Origin: Azolla caroliniana
Taxonomy: Eukaryota; Plantae; Polypodiophyta
Direction of reading: 5' to 3'
DNA length: 64,000 nt
Assembly (NCBI GenBank): GCA_043228905.1
Contig: JBHGNT010000018.1
Coordinates: 6,138,001 to 6,202,000, forward strand
Position 1 is the stretch's first letter, and every line of letters starts with the position of its first letter. The translations under genes were made by a program, and so were the position numbers. Positions 13,496 through 24,903 of this stretch are shown here, piece after piece. The notes beneath the pieces are model-generated. The model was not told the origin of the DNA. It searched no databases and was given only the letters and a program-made list of their open reading frames with translations.

Positions 13496-15070
13496 TGTTA
13501 GATCAGTAAGTGTATAACCCAACCAATCAACAAAATGATACAATTTTTTGTGCACAACTTTGGAGTCCCAAACAGTTTTCGCCTCATATTTTGGAGCTTC
13601 ATCAAGCTCAAAAGGTCATAGACAATCCTCTACAACAGGATTTCTCAAGATTTCTGGATGGTCAAACATTGTCCAACAGGGGAGCACGCGCAAGTTGGCA
13701 AAGAAAGGAATAAATTTGGTAGAAGAATGAATTGAATTATTGTAAGAAAACTCCACAAAATGCAAATAGCCAATCCAATCATCTTGTTGCTAGTGTTGGC
13801 ATAAAAGGACGACCCCTTCTACTTTGTATCCTTAGTGTGAACACAATCTCTAACTAGGGCTTGAGTATATAAGCTCAAGCCTACCGTTGTAAAGATAGTC
13901 TTGGAGAGAAAAGAGTTACAAAGAAGAGAATAAGAGAGAACTTCCATTGAAGCTTAATATCTGTCTATTGCCTATCTTTCTTCTTCTTCTTCTTGTTGCA
14001 TATCCGTGTTGTTTGTTGTACACATTTTACCTTGTAGGTCCTCATGCACTCTTCTGCATTCATTTGATATATCATATTGACAAAAATGGGTATCAGAGCG
14101 ACTTGTAGTCCAGCGGCAACAACAACATAAACCTGAGAAGAGAAGAATTAGCTGAAGGAAAGGACTAGGTCAGAAAAATCTTACTTCCTACAAAACATGG
14201 CCTCTACATCTAGTACTGGAGTAGAAATCTGAAAGTTCAACGGCAAGAACTTTGCCCTATGGAAGGAGATGATATGGGATGTACTGATCATCCGGCATCA
14301 AATCAAGGCAATACGGCACAAGACCAAGCTAGCCTCGTTGACAACAGACAAATGACACTCACTGGATGAAATAGCCAACTTGACCATTCAAATGCACCTG
14401 GTCGAAAACGTCTACTTTAGCATGGCAAAGGAGACAACTTCATTCTCTTTGTGGGAAAAACTAATGGCGGTGTACGAGAAGAAATCTTCCTCATCAAAGT
14501 TGATATTGATTTGAGAGTTATTCAACATAACGATGAGAGAGACGGATCCAACAACCTCCCACATCAACACCTTCGATCAGGTGTTATTTGAACTCTCCTC
14601 CCAAGGGATTAACTTCGAAGAAGAAGTTAAAGCCCTTGCCCTCCTTTCGAGCTTGCTGGGTAGTTGGGAGGTATTCTATATGACCTTTGCCAACAACTGC
14701 CCGAATCTAAATCTAGATGAGACAATTAGACAAGTCCTCACGGAGGATATTCGGCGAAAATCAATGGGACTCACCATCGATGAGCTGGTAGAAACCCACC
14801 ATTTGAGTGAGTCAATTGAACGATCCAATCGATCGAGAGAACAAGTAGAAAGAACTGGTCAAAACACTAGTCGACCAAGAAATAGGGGGCACCGACCATG
14901 ATCGAAGTCGAGGAATGGTCGATCAAGTGATTTCTGCACTCATTGCAGAAAAATTGGTCATAATGTTTTCGACTACTGGTTGATCAAGTGGAAGAAGAAT
15001 GGTCGACGATTCGAGCGGAGCTCAAGATGATCCGACTCAAACCATTCTCCAGTCAGCAACAAATCAATGT
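13496..15070 (+). mobile_element. Truncated Copia element: 5' LTR (~13496-14082), PBS and decayed gag
   Basis: TG...CA segment followed by TGGGTATCAGAGC (14087); gag from ~14197 (MASTSSTGVEI*KFNGKNFALWKE); ORF 14533-14901; CxxCxxxGH knuckle at ~14935. Confidence 0.8.
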
Positions 15071-16230
15071 TGTCGACTCTCGATCAGGAGAAACACTCTC
15101 TTCAAGAGCTCTGATGTCTCCTTCGTCCCGAGGCATTTCAGCCTCGCTGACCTCTTCATCAGAGATCGGAATGGAGTCATCAGGGGTTGGAGGCGAAGGA
15201 AAGTACCACAACGCGGACTCGTCTAACACAACATGACGACTTAGGCGAGATTGTTTGGTTCGGGGGTTATAACACTTATAACCCTTCTGTTCGTCCGAGT
15301 AGCCAACCAAGATACACTACTCGGCTTTGGCGTCCAACTTCCTCCGTTTTTCCTTCAGCACAGGCACATACGTGATGCTACCGAAGACCCTCAAATGTGC
15401 CAATTTCGTCTTCTCCTTGAAGTACAACTCATGTGGCGACACTCCTACATTGGCAGATGCCCGATTCTGAAGGTAGATGGTTGTTCTGACTGCCTTAGCC
15501 CAATAGAACTTCGGCAGATGCTTCTCTTCAAGCATCGCCCTTGCTGCCTCCTCTATCGTCCGATTCTTCTTCTTGGACACGTCGTTTTGCTGCGGCGTGT
15601 ATCTACACGAGAATTTGCGTCGAATTCCCTTCTTCTGTAGATAACTCGAGAACTAGTCAAAGAAGTACTCCTTCCCGCCATCGAACCTTAGGCACTCAAT
15701 CTTTCGCCTGGTTTCCCTTGCCACAAGGCTCTTCACCTTCTGGAAACATGCGAAGACTTCGCTCTTTTTCGCGATCAAGCATGCCCAAGTGTGCCGAGTG
15801 AAGTCATCGATGAAGGTTACGAAGTAATAGCTTCCTCTGATGCTCACGTTCTGTGCTGGTCCCCATATATTTGAATGGATCACATCGAGCGGATTTCGAC
15901 TTCGATTACGCTCGTTGGGAAATGGAAGCCAGTGATGCTTCCCGAGCTTGCAGGCTTCGCAGAGTTGGCCATTCTGGCCACTAAATTTCGGCAATCCAAA
16001 AACAATGTTCTTCGTCTGCATTTCACGAAGCCGTAGGAAGTTAACATGGCCGAACGGCTTGTGCCATAGGTCGATATCTGACTTGATCTTCTGTCCTTTT
16101 GTGATCAACGTGGTTCTGACTTCATTGGTGTTGAGGATGAACATCCTCCCTTCACGGTGCCTCGCTCTTTTTCGCGATCAAGCATGCCCAAGTGTACTGA
16201 GTGAAGTCATCAATGAAGGTTACGAAGTAA
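15070..16230 (-). mobile_element. Inverted integrase-region fragment of the 7255-13018 Copia family
   Basis: ORFs 15653-16144, 15317-15580 and 15053-15310 closely match the integrase region at 9090-10150. 16165-16230 duplicates ~15760-15828. Confidence 0.88.
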
Positions 16231-17176
16231 CTGTTGGGAATATGTCCCTCCAGTGGGAGGAAGAACCGACTCTATGACAGGGAAGATCCGACTATTCGGA
16301 AAGCCGACACACGAAGAGTCGAAAACAGTGAGTCGATTGTTTGAAGATTTGACTATTATTATTATAGTAATAATAATGATGATGATGTGTGGAAACAAGT
16401 CCCTCCAGATTTGCCTACATTGCACATTGATGTGCTTAGCATTGTTACCCAACGACCTAAATTTACAAGACTTGAAATATCACTCTCTTTTTTAACACTC
16501 TTTCGCAACTCCTTCAAGTGTGGACTTGTTTTGATATCATGGGTTCAAATCCCACATTGACACCACTTAAAATATCACTCTCTTTTTTAACACTATTTAT
16601 CAACTTTATCAAGTGTGGACTTGTTTTGATGTCATGGGTTCAAATCCCATAGTTGTCATTAGCGAATTTAAACAATCTAGCATTACCAAACTTTTAATGA
16701 AATCACTACTACATTATTCTTGTACAAAAGAGGGCCATAAAAATTTGTAAGCATGTCCTTTATTCGACCTATTGCCTGCATTGCACATTGATATGCTTAA
16801 CATTCTTGCGCAACGACCTAAATGGACACCACTTAAAATATCATTCTCTTTTTTAACAATCTTTAGACACTTTTTCAAGTGTGGACTTGTTTCTAGGGCG
16901 TGGGTTCAAATCCCACAGTAGTCATTACTAAAATTAAATAATCTAGCATTACCAAACGTTTCATGAAATAACTACGACGTTATTCTTGTACAAAAGAGGG
17001 CCATAACAAATTGTAAGCATGTTCTTTATTCGACCTAGTGCCTGCATTGCATATTGATGTGCTTAACATTGTTGCCCAACGACCTAAATTGACACCGCTT
17101 CAAATATCACTCTCTTTTTTAACAGTCTTTAGCAACTCTATCAAGTGTGAATTTGTTTTGATGTCATTAACACACT

Positions 17177-17256
17177 GACAATTTGGCCGAGTGGTCTAAG
17201 GCGTTGGATTTAGGCTCCAATCCGAAAGGGCGTGGGTTCAAATCCCATAGTTGTCA
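17177..17256 (+). tRNA. tRNA-Leu(UAG)
   Basis: GACAATTTGGCCGAGTGGTCTAAGGCGTTGGATT-TAG-GCTCCAATCCGAAAGGGCGTGGGTTCAAATCCCATAGTTGTCA; 80 nt, paired acceptor and anticodon stems, long variable arm, A and B boxes intact. Confidence 0.85.
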
Positions 17257-17507
17257 TTACAAAAATTAAATAATCTAGCATTACCAAACTTTTCATGATA
17301 TAACTAATACGTTATTCTTGTACAAAAGAGGGCCATAAAAAATTGTAAGCATGTCCTTTATTCGACCTAGTGCCTGCATTGCACATTGATATGCTTAACA
17401 TTGTTGCCCAACGACCTAAATTGACACTACTTCAAATATCACTCTCTTTTTTACCACTCTTTAGCAACTCTATCAAATGTGGATTTGTTTTATGTCATCA
17501 ACACACC

Positions 17508-17587
17508 GACAATTTGCCCGAGTGGTCTAAGGCGTTGTATTCAGGCTCCAATCCGAAAAGGGGTGGGTTCAAATCCCACAGTTGTTA
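17508..17587 (+). pseudogene. tRNA-Leu copy with anticodon CAG and stem mismatches
   Basis: Anticodon arm TTGTA-TT-CAG-GC-TCCAA; altered A box (TGCCCGAG) and 3' end (GTTGTTA). Confidence 0.7.
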
Positions 17588-17747
17588 TTACTAAAATTAA
17601 ATAATCTAGTGCCTGCATTGCACATTGATATGCTTAACATTGTTGCCCAACGACCTAAATTGACACCACTTCAAATATCACTCTCTTTTTTAACACTCTT
17701 TAGCAACTCTATCAAGTGTGGATTTGTTTTGATGTCATCAACACACC

Positions 17748-17827
17748 GACAATTTGGCCGAGTGGTCTAAGGGGTTGGATTTAGGCTCCAATCCGAAAGG
17801 GCGTGGGTTCAAATCCCATCGTTGTCA
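17748..17827 (+). tRNA. tRNA-Leu(UAG), slightly diverged
   Basis: Same 80-nt sequence with about two substitutions; anticodon arm intact. Confidence 0.75.
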
Positions 17828-18903
17828 TTATTAAAATTAAATAATCTAGTATTACCAAACTTTTCATGAAATAACTACTATGTTATTCTTGTACAAAAGA
17901 GGGCCATAACAAATTGTAAGCATGTCCTTTATTTGACCTAGTGCCTGCATTGCACATTGATAGGCTTAACATTGTTTTCCAACGACCTAAATGGACACCA
18001 CTTAAAATATCACTCTCTTTTTTAACACTCTTTAACAACTTTATCAAGTGTGGACTTGTTTCTAGGGCGTGGGTTCAAATCCTACAGTGGTCATTAGTGA
18101 ATTTAAATAATCTAGCATTACCAAAATTTTCATGAAATAACTACTACGTTATTCTTGTACAAAAGAGGGCCATAAAATATAATTTGTAAGCATGTTCTTT
18201 ATTCGACGTAGTGCTTGCATTGCGTATTGATGTGCTTAACATTGTTGTCCAACGACCTAAATTGACACCACTTCAAATATCACTCTCTTTTTAGACTTGA
18301 TATAAATGGATCACCCCATGAGAGCCACTCCCATCTAAAATGTTGCACTATAAGGAACACTTGAAATATGGCAAATTACACTCCATATAAATGGATCACC
18401 CCACGAGAGCCACTCCCATCTAAAATGTTGTACTATAAGGAACACTTCTTGCACTTCTCTAAGTTAGGTTTTATTACACAACCAAGATATCCACATACAT
18501 TCTTATCAAATGCACTAAGGGTGGCTATTGGACAACTTAGGATATCATCTTGAGCACCAACTTGAGATTGAGAATGGTCGGGCTAATAGAGTCCCTAGAG
18601 AGGAAAGGCTATGTAGGTTATGCCACATAGAGATAGAGGATGAATATCACTTTAAATGCAAGTGCCCAACTTATGCCGAGATACGGGCGGAATACCAAGA
18701 CATATTAGGACCCTCTCCCACCCTCTCCAAACTATTAGATACCCCGAATTTAAAGAGACTAGGTAGGTATATCTTAGAACTAAAATAATATAGGGAGAAT
18801 AAATTACAAAGTGTTAACCATAACCCTTTTACTATTCATCAACATGTAACTAGTGTAATTTTTTAGGAACAAAGGGAGACGATGAATGTGGATACACCTA
18901 CGC

Positions 18904-21900
18904 TGTCGTGCCTTTCGGCTCCGGATCGTTGCGTGAGTCGGGTGGGAACCACTGGGGTTTTGGACTAGGAGAAAGAAAAATACAAATAAGGCTAGTAAAG
19001 AATAGGTATAAAGAGTTATAAGATAAGAATCTCGTGAATCCCACGAGTTTAGTATATTTAGTCAATATTTAGGTAGTAAGAGAGAATTATTTTAGCAAAT
19101 TCGTGAATCCCACGAATATTTTAGATTGATTGATCATTATAGAAAAATAATCAACAAAAACTACAATGTGCTCCCCATCCTTATATAGTGATGGGAGAGA
19201 CTAAGCATAGCTACATGCTTTTTCTCATATGTTCATGCACACTAAATGTGCATGTGATGCTTTTCTAATCCTTGCTTTTATTTGCTAAATATAGTGCTCA
19301 TGCACGCTAGATGTGCATGAGTCACTTTTTAGTTGCTTGCGTTTTTCTATAAAATATTCACGCACTCTAAAAATGCATGATTTACCTTTTTAATAAAGGT
19401 AGGCGCAAATAAAGCACTTATAGTTATTAAATCTATTTATAGAACACTAAAGATAAGGTAGCATAATGGTAAAGTTGAAGTTTGGCTAAGTGGAGGTACA
19501 AGGTTCAAATCTTGCCTTATGCACGTGATAAATATCTTGATATATTATTTTATTTATTTATATGTAATTAAATCGGTTATATTATTTTTACTTTTTCACG
19601 TAGTGTACGAAATACACTACGACACTCGCCCCCTCCGAACCCGCACATCCTCCGGTATGTGCCGAAGTTGCCGATTCTCGTTGTCTCCCCTTCATCCTCC
19701 GTTTGTCCCGCTATGTCAACTTTGTCTCTCCATTTTGAGTAGACCCATTCTTTCCACCCGAACCATTGTCGCCATCCGATCCACCATATTCTTTGTTCTC
19801 TCTCGTCATATTCTTGGCCCTTGTCATTCGTGGTAGTGTCTTTTACTGGCCTCTTTCTTGTCTTCGTCAACCTTGACTTTTTTCCGGATCGCTCTCGTCC
19901 GATCGACTTTCGGTTTGATCGGCTTCCGATCGGATTCGTATTCGGCCGAATCGGAATCGGTTGTTCGGTTTCGATTGAGTCGGTCTCCTTCCGGCCCGGT
20001 TTCGATCTATCGGTTTCGGTTTTGGTTGGCTTTCTTTTCCTCGTTTTCACCAGCCTCGACCGGTCCAACCTCCAGTTGAGTCGGATTAGCTTCTTTCCGG
20101 ATCGGTCTCGTTTGTGTCGTCTTTCGGCCGAATTCTCTTCCTTTCGGTTCGGCTTTCTTTCGGGTCGACTTTCGGTCGAATCCTCTTTTACCCGGTTCGG
20201 CTTTCTTTCGGATCGGAATCCTGTCCGGATCACCTTCCATCCGAACCGGCTTCCGACTTTACCTTTCTTGCCGCCACCTCCTGTCTCTCCGGTCTCACGT
20301 TGGTTCTCGAATACAACCGCCGAAGTCTCTAGAATTAGTGGACAGGAATCCACGATATTATCGTCCTCCGTTGTTTCACCCATAGCCACCTCCTTGGCTA
20401 TCTCTCCTTCGTATGCATCGGCTTCGACCTTTGTTTTCTCTCCGCCACCTTCCGTCTCTTCGGTCTCACGTTGCCTTTCGAACGCAACCGCCAGAGTCTC
20501 TGGAATCAGTGGTGGGGAAGTCTCGATATGGCCATCCGTCGTTGATTCGTCCATAGTCACCTTCAATTCGATGTCATCTTTCGTGGTGACCTCCTCAATC
20601 AAGTCCTCCTTGCTCTCTTTCACTGCATCAATTATGCAAACATCAATTATGCTTACCCCTTTTTCACCCGATGTTTCGGACACTTGTATTCCGAAATCTT
20701 CTTCTACACTTGGGTTATCGGCCTTATCCTTTACCGTCGTTCTTTCGCAAGACAAGAGGGTAGCTTGTTTTACACCCTCTTCCGTCACACCATCATGTTG
20801 TATTTCGGCCTTCATATCGGCTCCATCGTTTGTCTTCAATCGACCATCCTTCATCGGCCATGTCGTTGACAAGATTCTCATCTTCCTCTCATCATGTCTC
20901 CGGCATACCCTTTGGACTTCGGCCCAATTTTCGGTAAGACCATTCGTACCGTCATCGTCTTCGAGTTCGATCCCGATGTCCATCCTTTCTTTTCGATCGA
21001 TCGATTTTACGAACATTAGGACTTTATCCTCCCCCACCAATCGTTGTTCTCGCTCCGAGAGTCGAGCAAAACGATTCTCGAACTCTAGGAATGCTTGTGT
21101 TGCACTTCGGTGGGTCTTCTCCGATGCCACCCATTCGTCGAATTCTCGCCGATCTTTTCCCTTCGATCTCTTGTAATCATATGCCTCTCGTAAAGCTTCT
21201 TCGAATGACCCCCATGTCGAGTTTTGTTGCCGTATCTTGTGGATTCTCTCTTGTAGCTCATCCGTGGCCACCCGATTGAAGGATGTCACTTGCAATCCTT
21301 CCGGTATCCCACATCGTATCATCTCCGCCTTGTAGTCACGTAGATAGCGTGACACATCGTTTCCGTTGAATTGTCCGTTTCGTTGTACGAGCCGCTTTAC
21401 TGCCCCCGGTGATCTCCGACATCACTCGTTGTTCTTGTAGCATCCGCTCGAACATCATCATCATCGTTATGCTCATTGCCTCTTGTTGATTCTCCATCTC
21501 CTTGCCACCCGCCTTCACGTCGGGTTCACCAACTGTGTCGTGCCTTTCGGCTCCGGATCGTTGCGTGAGTCGGGTGGGAACCACTGGGGTTTTGGACTAG
21601 GAGAAAGAAAAATACAAATAAGGCTAGTAAAGAATAGGTATAAAGAGTTATAAGATAAGAATCTCGTGAATCCCACGAGTTTAGTATATTTAGTCAATAT
21701 TTAGGTAGTAAGAGAGAATTATTTTAGCAAATTCGTGAATCCCACGAATATTTTAGATTGATTGATCATTATAGAAAAATAATCAACAAAAACTACAATG
21801 TGCTCCCCATCCTTATATAGTGATGGGAGAGACTAAGCATAGCTACATGCTTTTTCTCATATGTTCATGCACACTAAATGTGCATGTGATGCTTTTCTAA

Positions 21901-22256
21901 TCCTTGCTTTTATTTGCTAAATATAGTGCTCATGCACGCTAGATGTGCATGAGTCACTTTTTAGTTGCTTGCGTTTTTCTATAAAATATTCACACACTCT
22001 AAAAATGCATGATTTACCTTTTTAATAAAGGTAGGCGCAAATAAAGCACTTATAGTTATTAAATCTATTTATAGAATACTAAAGATAAGGTAGCATAATG
22101 GTAAAGTTGAAGTTTGGCTACGTGGAGGTACAAGGTTCAAATCTTGCCTTATGCACGTGATAAATATCTTGATATATTATTTTATTTATTTATATGTAAT
22201 TAAATCGGTTATATTATTTTTACTTTTTCACGTAGTGTACGAAATACACTACGACA
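18904..22256 (-). mobile_element. Young non-autonomous Ty3/Gypsy element encoding only a Gag-like protein (TR-GAG-like)
   Basis: 721-bp LTRs 18904-19624 and 21536-22256 (three mismatches seen); 4-bp TSD ACGC/ACGC; PBS TGGTGAACCCGACGTGAA (complementary to plant tRNA-Trp 3' end) at 21514-21531; PPT at 19625-19636; no pol motifs. Confidence 0.93.
19577..21584 (-). CDS. Gag-like protein (capsid-like N-terminus, acidic middle, basic C-terminus), with one frameshift near 21400
   Basis: The first ~150 aa of ORF 19577-21355 align with Gypsy Gag at 36699-37520 (DYKAEM.RC.I.EGLQVTSFNRVAT). ORF 21336-21584 matches 37463-37684. Confidence 0.8.
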
Positions 22257-22677
22257 ACGCTGCTCGGCCTCTCCCTTGAGGAAGCAGAAATGCAAAGAAC
22301 AACCAAACGCCCTCAGATGTTGGGCTTCAAAACAAGTCGACGTGGAGTAGAAAAGATTAAGAAGATAAGGGAATGTGAGCTACGTCGACAAGAAGCTATG
22401 GTTGGGGTATCTTTTACATTGGGACCACGGGCCACATCCACATCACAACCCTTTGACCTCCCGCTTCTCTTCGAGAGACTTGGATGGAAATGAAATTAGG
22501 CCTAGTTTAACATCATTTTGATTGTAGAACATGTGGACAAGTTTGTTATTTACTTAGAACTATTAAGCTTAAACTCTATTTTTATCTTATTTTTACTTTC
22601 GATGAATGGGTAAATATCCCATTTTTTTGTAAACCATTTGTCTCATGGGCCAATTTTGGCCTTAGAAGACGTTAATA

Positions 22678-22708
<31 letters not shown>

Positions 22709-22765
22709 TAACACTCTTTAGAAACACTATCAAGTGTGGATTTGTTTTGATGTTATCAACACATC

Positions 22766-22845
22766 GACAATTTGGCCGAGTGGTCTAAGGCGTTGGATTT
22801 AGGCTCCACTCCGAAAGGGCGTGGGTTCAAATCCCACAGTTGTCA
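22766..22845 (+). tRNA. tRNA-Leu(UAG)
   Basis: 80-nt copy with intact boxes and T arm; one mismatch in the anticodon stem (TCCAC). Confidence 0.8.
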
Positions 22846-23409
22846 TTACTAAAATTAAATAATCTAGCATTACCAAACGTTTCATGAAATAACTACTACG
22901 TCTTTCTTGTACAAAAGAGAGCCATAACAAATTGTAAGCATGTCCTTTATTCGACCTAGTGCCTGCATTGCACATTGATATGCTTAACATTGTTGCCCAA
23001 CGACCTGAATGGACACCACTTAAAATATCATTCTCTTTTTTAACACTCTTTAGCAACTTTTTCAAGTGTGGACTTATTTCTAGGGCGTGGGTTCAAATCC
23101 CATCGTTGACAATGACGAATTCAAACAATCTAGCATTACCAAACTATTCATGAAATAACTACTATGTTATTCTCATACAAAAGAGGGCCATAAAATATTG
23201 TAAGCATGTCCTTTCTTCAACCAAGTGCTTGCATTGCACATTGATATGTAAGCATGTCCTTTCTTCAACCAAGTGCTTGCATTGCACATTGATATGTTTA
23301 GCATTGTTGCCCAATGACCTAAATTGACCCCACTTCAAATATCACTCTCTTTTAACACTGTTTAGCAACTCTATCAACTGTGGATTTGTTTTGATGTCAT
23401 CAACACATT

Positions 23410-23489
23410 GACAATTTGGCCGAGTGGTCTAAGGCGTTGGATTTAGGCTCCAATTCGAAAGGACTTAGGTTCAAATCCCACTGTTGTCA
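23410..23489 (+). pseudogene. tRNA-Leu(UAG) copy with diverged variable and T arms
   Basis: 5' half intact; 3' half reads TTCGAAAGGACTTAGGTTCAAATCCCACTGTTGTCA. Confidence 0.7.
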
Positions 23490-23738
23490 TTAGTGAATTT
23501 AAACAATCTAGCATTACCAAACTTTTCATGAAGTAACTACTACGTTATTTTTGTAAAAAAGAGTGCCATAAAAAATTGTAAGCGTGTCCTTTCTTCGACC
23601 TAGTTCCTGCATTGCACATTGGTATGCTAAGCATTGTTGCGCAACGACCTAAATTGACACTACTTCAAATATCACTCTCTTTGTTAACACTCTTTAGCAA
23701 CAGTATCAAGTATGGACTTGTTTTGATGTCAACACATT

Positions 23739-23817
23739 GACTATTTGGCGGAGTGGTCTAATGCATTGGAATTAGGCTTCAATATAGAGGGCGTGGGTTC
23801 AAATCCCACAGTTGTCA
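23739..23817 (+). pseudogene. Degenerate tRNA-Leu copy
   Basis: GACTATTTGGCGGAGTGGTCTAATGCATTGGAATTAGGCTTCAAT...GGGTTCAAATCCCACAGTTGTCA. Confidence 0.7.
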
Positions 23818-23896
23818 TTAGTGTAAACCTGGCTTTTATTCGACATAGTGCTTGCATTGCACATTGATGTGCTTAACATTGTTGCCCAATGACCTA

Positions 23897-24201
23897 AATT
23901 GTTGCAGAATACTTCGCATAAAATACGCGTACAATACGTATTCTACAAGTATTGTAACTTTTTTTTTAAATACTTAGAATACGTCTAGAATATTCATAAA
24001 AAGCGTGAAATACTTCTTAAAATTTAAACTTTTTCTTTTGAAAAAAAAAGAAAATATTTTGTGAAATGATAAATACTTGTTAGATACGTAGAATATGTCA
24101 AATTTTAAAAACGGCAGTAATAAAATGTAGAATACGTGTAGAATACTTCAGAGTATTCTAAAATGTACCTTAAACGTAGAATACACGTTTTTTAACAATT
24201 G
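23897..24201. mobile_element. AT-rich MITE-like insertion (hAT-like) in the tRNA array
   Basis: Interrupts an array unit; ends AATTGTTGCAGAA and TTTTAACAATTG are weakly inverted; many AGAATACGT-like motifs. No clean TSD. Confidence 0.5.
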
Positions 24202-24823
24202 TGGTTGTCATTAGTGAATTTAAATAATCTAGCATTACCAAACTTTTCATGAAATAACTACTACGTTATTCTTGTACAAAAGAGCGCCATAAAAAATTGT
24301 AAGTATGTCCTTTATTCGACCTAGTGCCTACATTGGACATTGATGTGCTTAACATTGTTGCCCAACGACCTAAATTGACACCACTTAAAAGATCACTCTC
24401 TTTTTTAACACTCTTTAGGAACTTTATCAAGTGTGGACTTGTTTTGATATCATGGGTTCAAATCCCACATTAACACCAGTTAAAATATCACTCTCTTTTT
24501 TAACACTATTTAGCAACTTTATCAAGTGTGGACTTGTTTTGATGTCATGGATTCAAATCCCACAGTTGTCAGTAGTGAATGTAAACAATCTAGCATTACC
24601 AAACTTTTCATGAAATAACTACTACGTTATTCTTGTACAAAAGAGGGCCATAAAAAATTGTAAGCTTGTCCTTTCATCGACCTAGTGCCTGCATTGCATA
24701 TTTATGTGCTTAACATTGTTGCCCAACGACCTAAATTGATACCACTTAAAATATCACTATCTTTTTTATCAGTTTTGAGCAACTTTATGAAGTGTGGAAT
24801 TGTTTTGATGTCATCAACACATC

Positions 24824-24903
24824 GACAATTTGGTCGAGTGGTGTAAGGCATTGGATTTAGGTTCCATTCCAAAAGGGCATGGGTTCAAATTCCAGAGTTC
24901 TCA
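24824..24903 (+). pseudogene. Degenerate tRNA-Leu(UAG) copy, last in the array
   Basis: GACAATTTGGTCGAGTGGTGTAAGGCATTGGATTTAGGTTCC...GGGTTCAAATTCCAGAGTTCTCA. Confidence 0.7.

Larger units (their letters stand above)
18293..22708 (+). mobile_element. 5'-truncated LINE (C-terminal zinc finger, 3' UTR, (CTTT)n tail) inserted in the tRNA array and split by the Gypsy element at 18904-22256
   Basis: QLRISS/HQLEIENGR...RLCRLC...EDEYHF.CKC motif at 18500-18700. Sequence resumes at 22257 and ends GAAGACGTTAATATAT(CTTT)n, after which the array unit resumes at TAACACTCTTT. Confidence 0.85.

Noticed and set aside
19821-21176. 451-aa plus-strand ORF
   Set aside because: Antisense shadow of the Gag-like ORF; Ser/Phe-rich composition as expected from the complement of a Glu/Lys/Arg-rich frame; no motifs.
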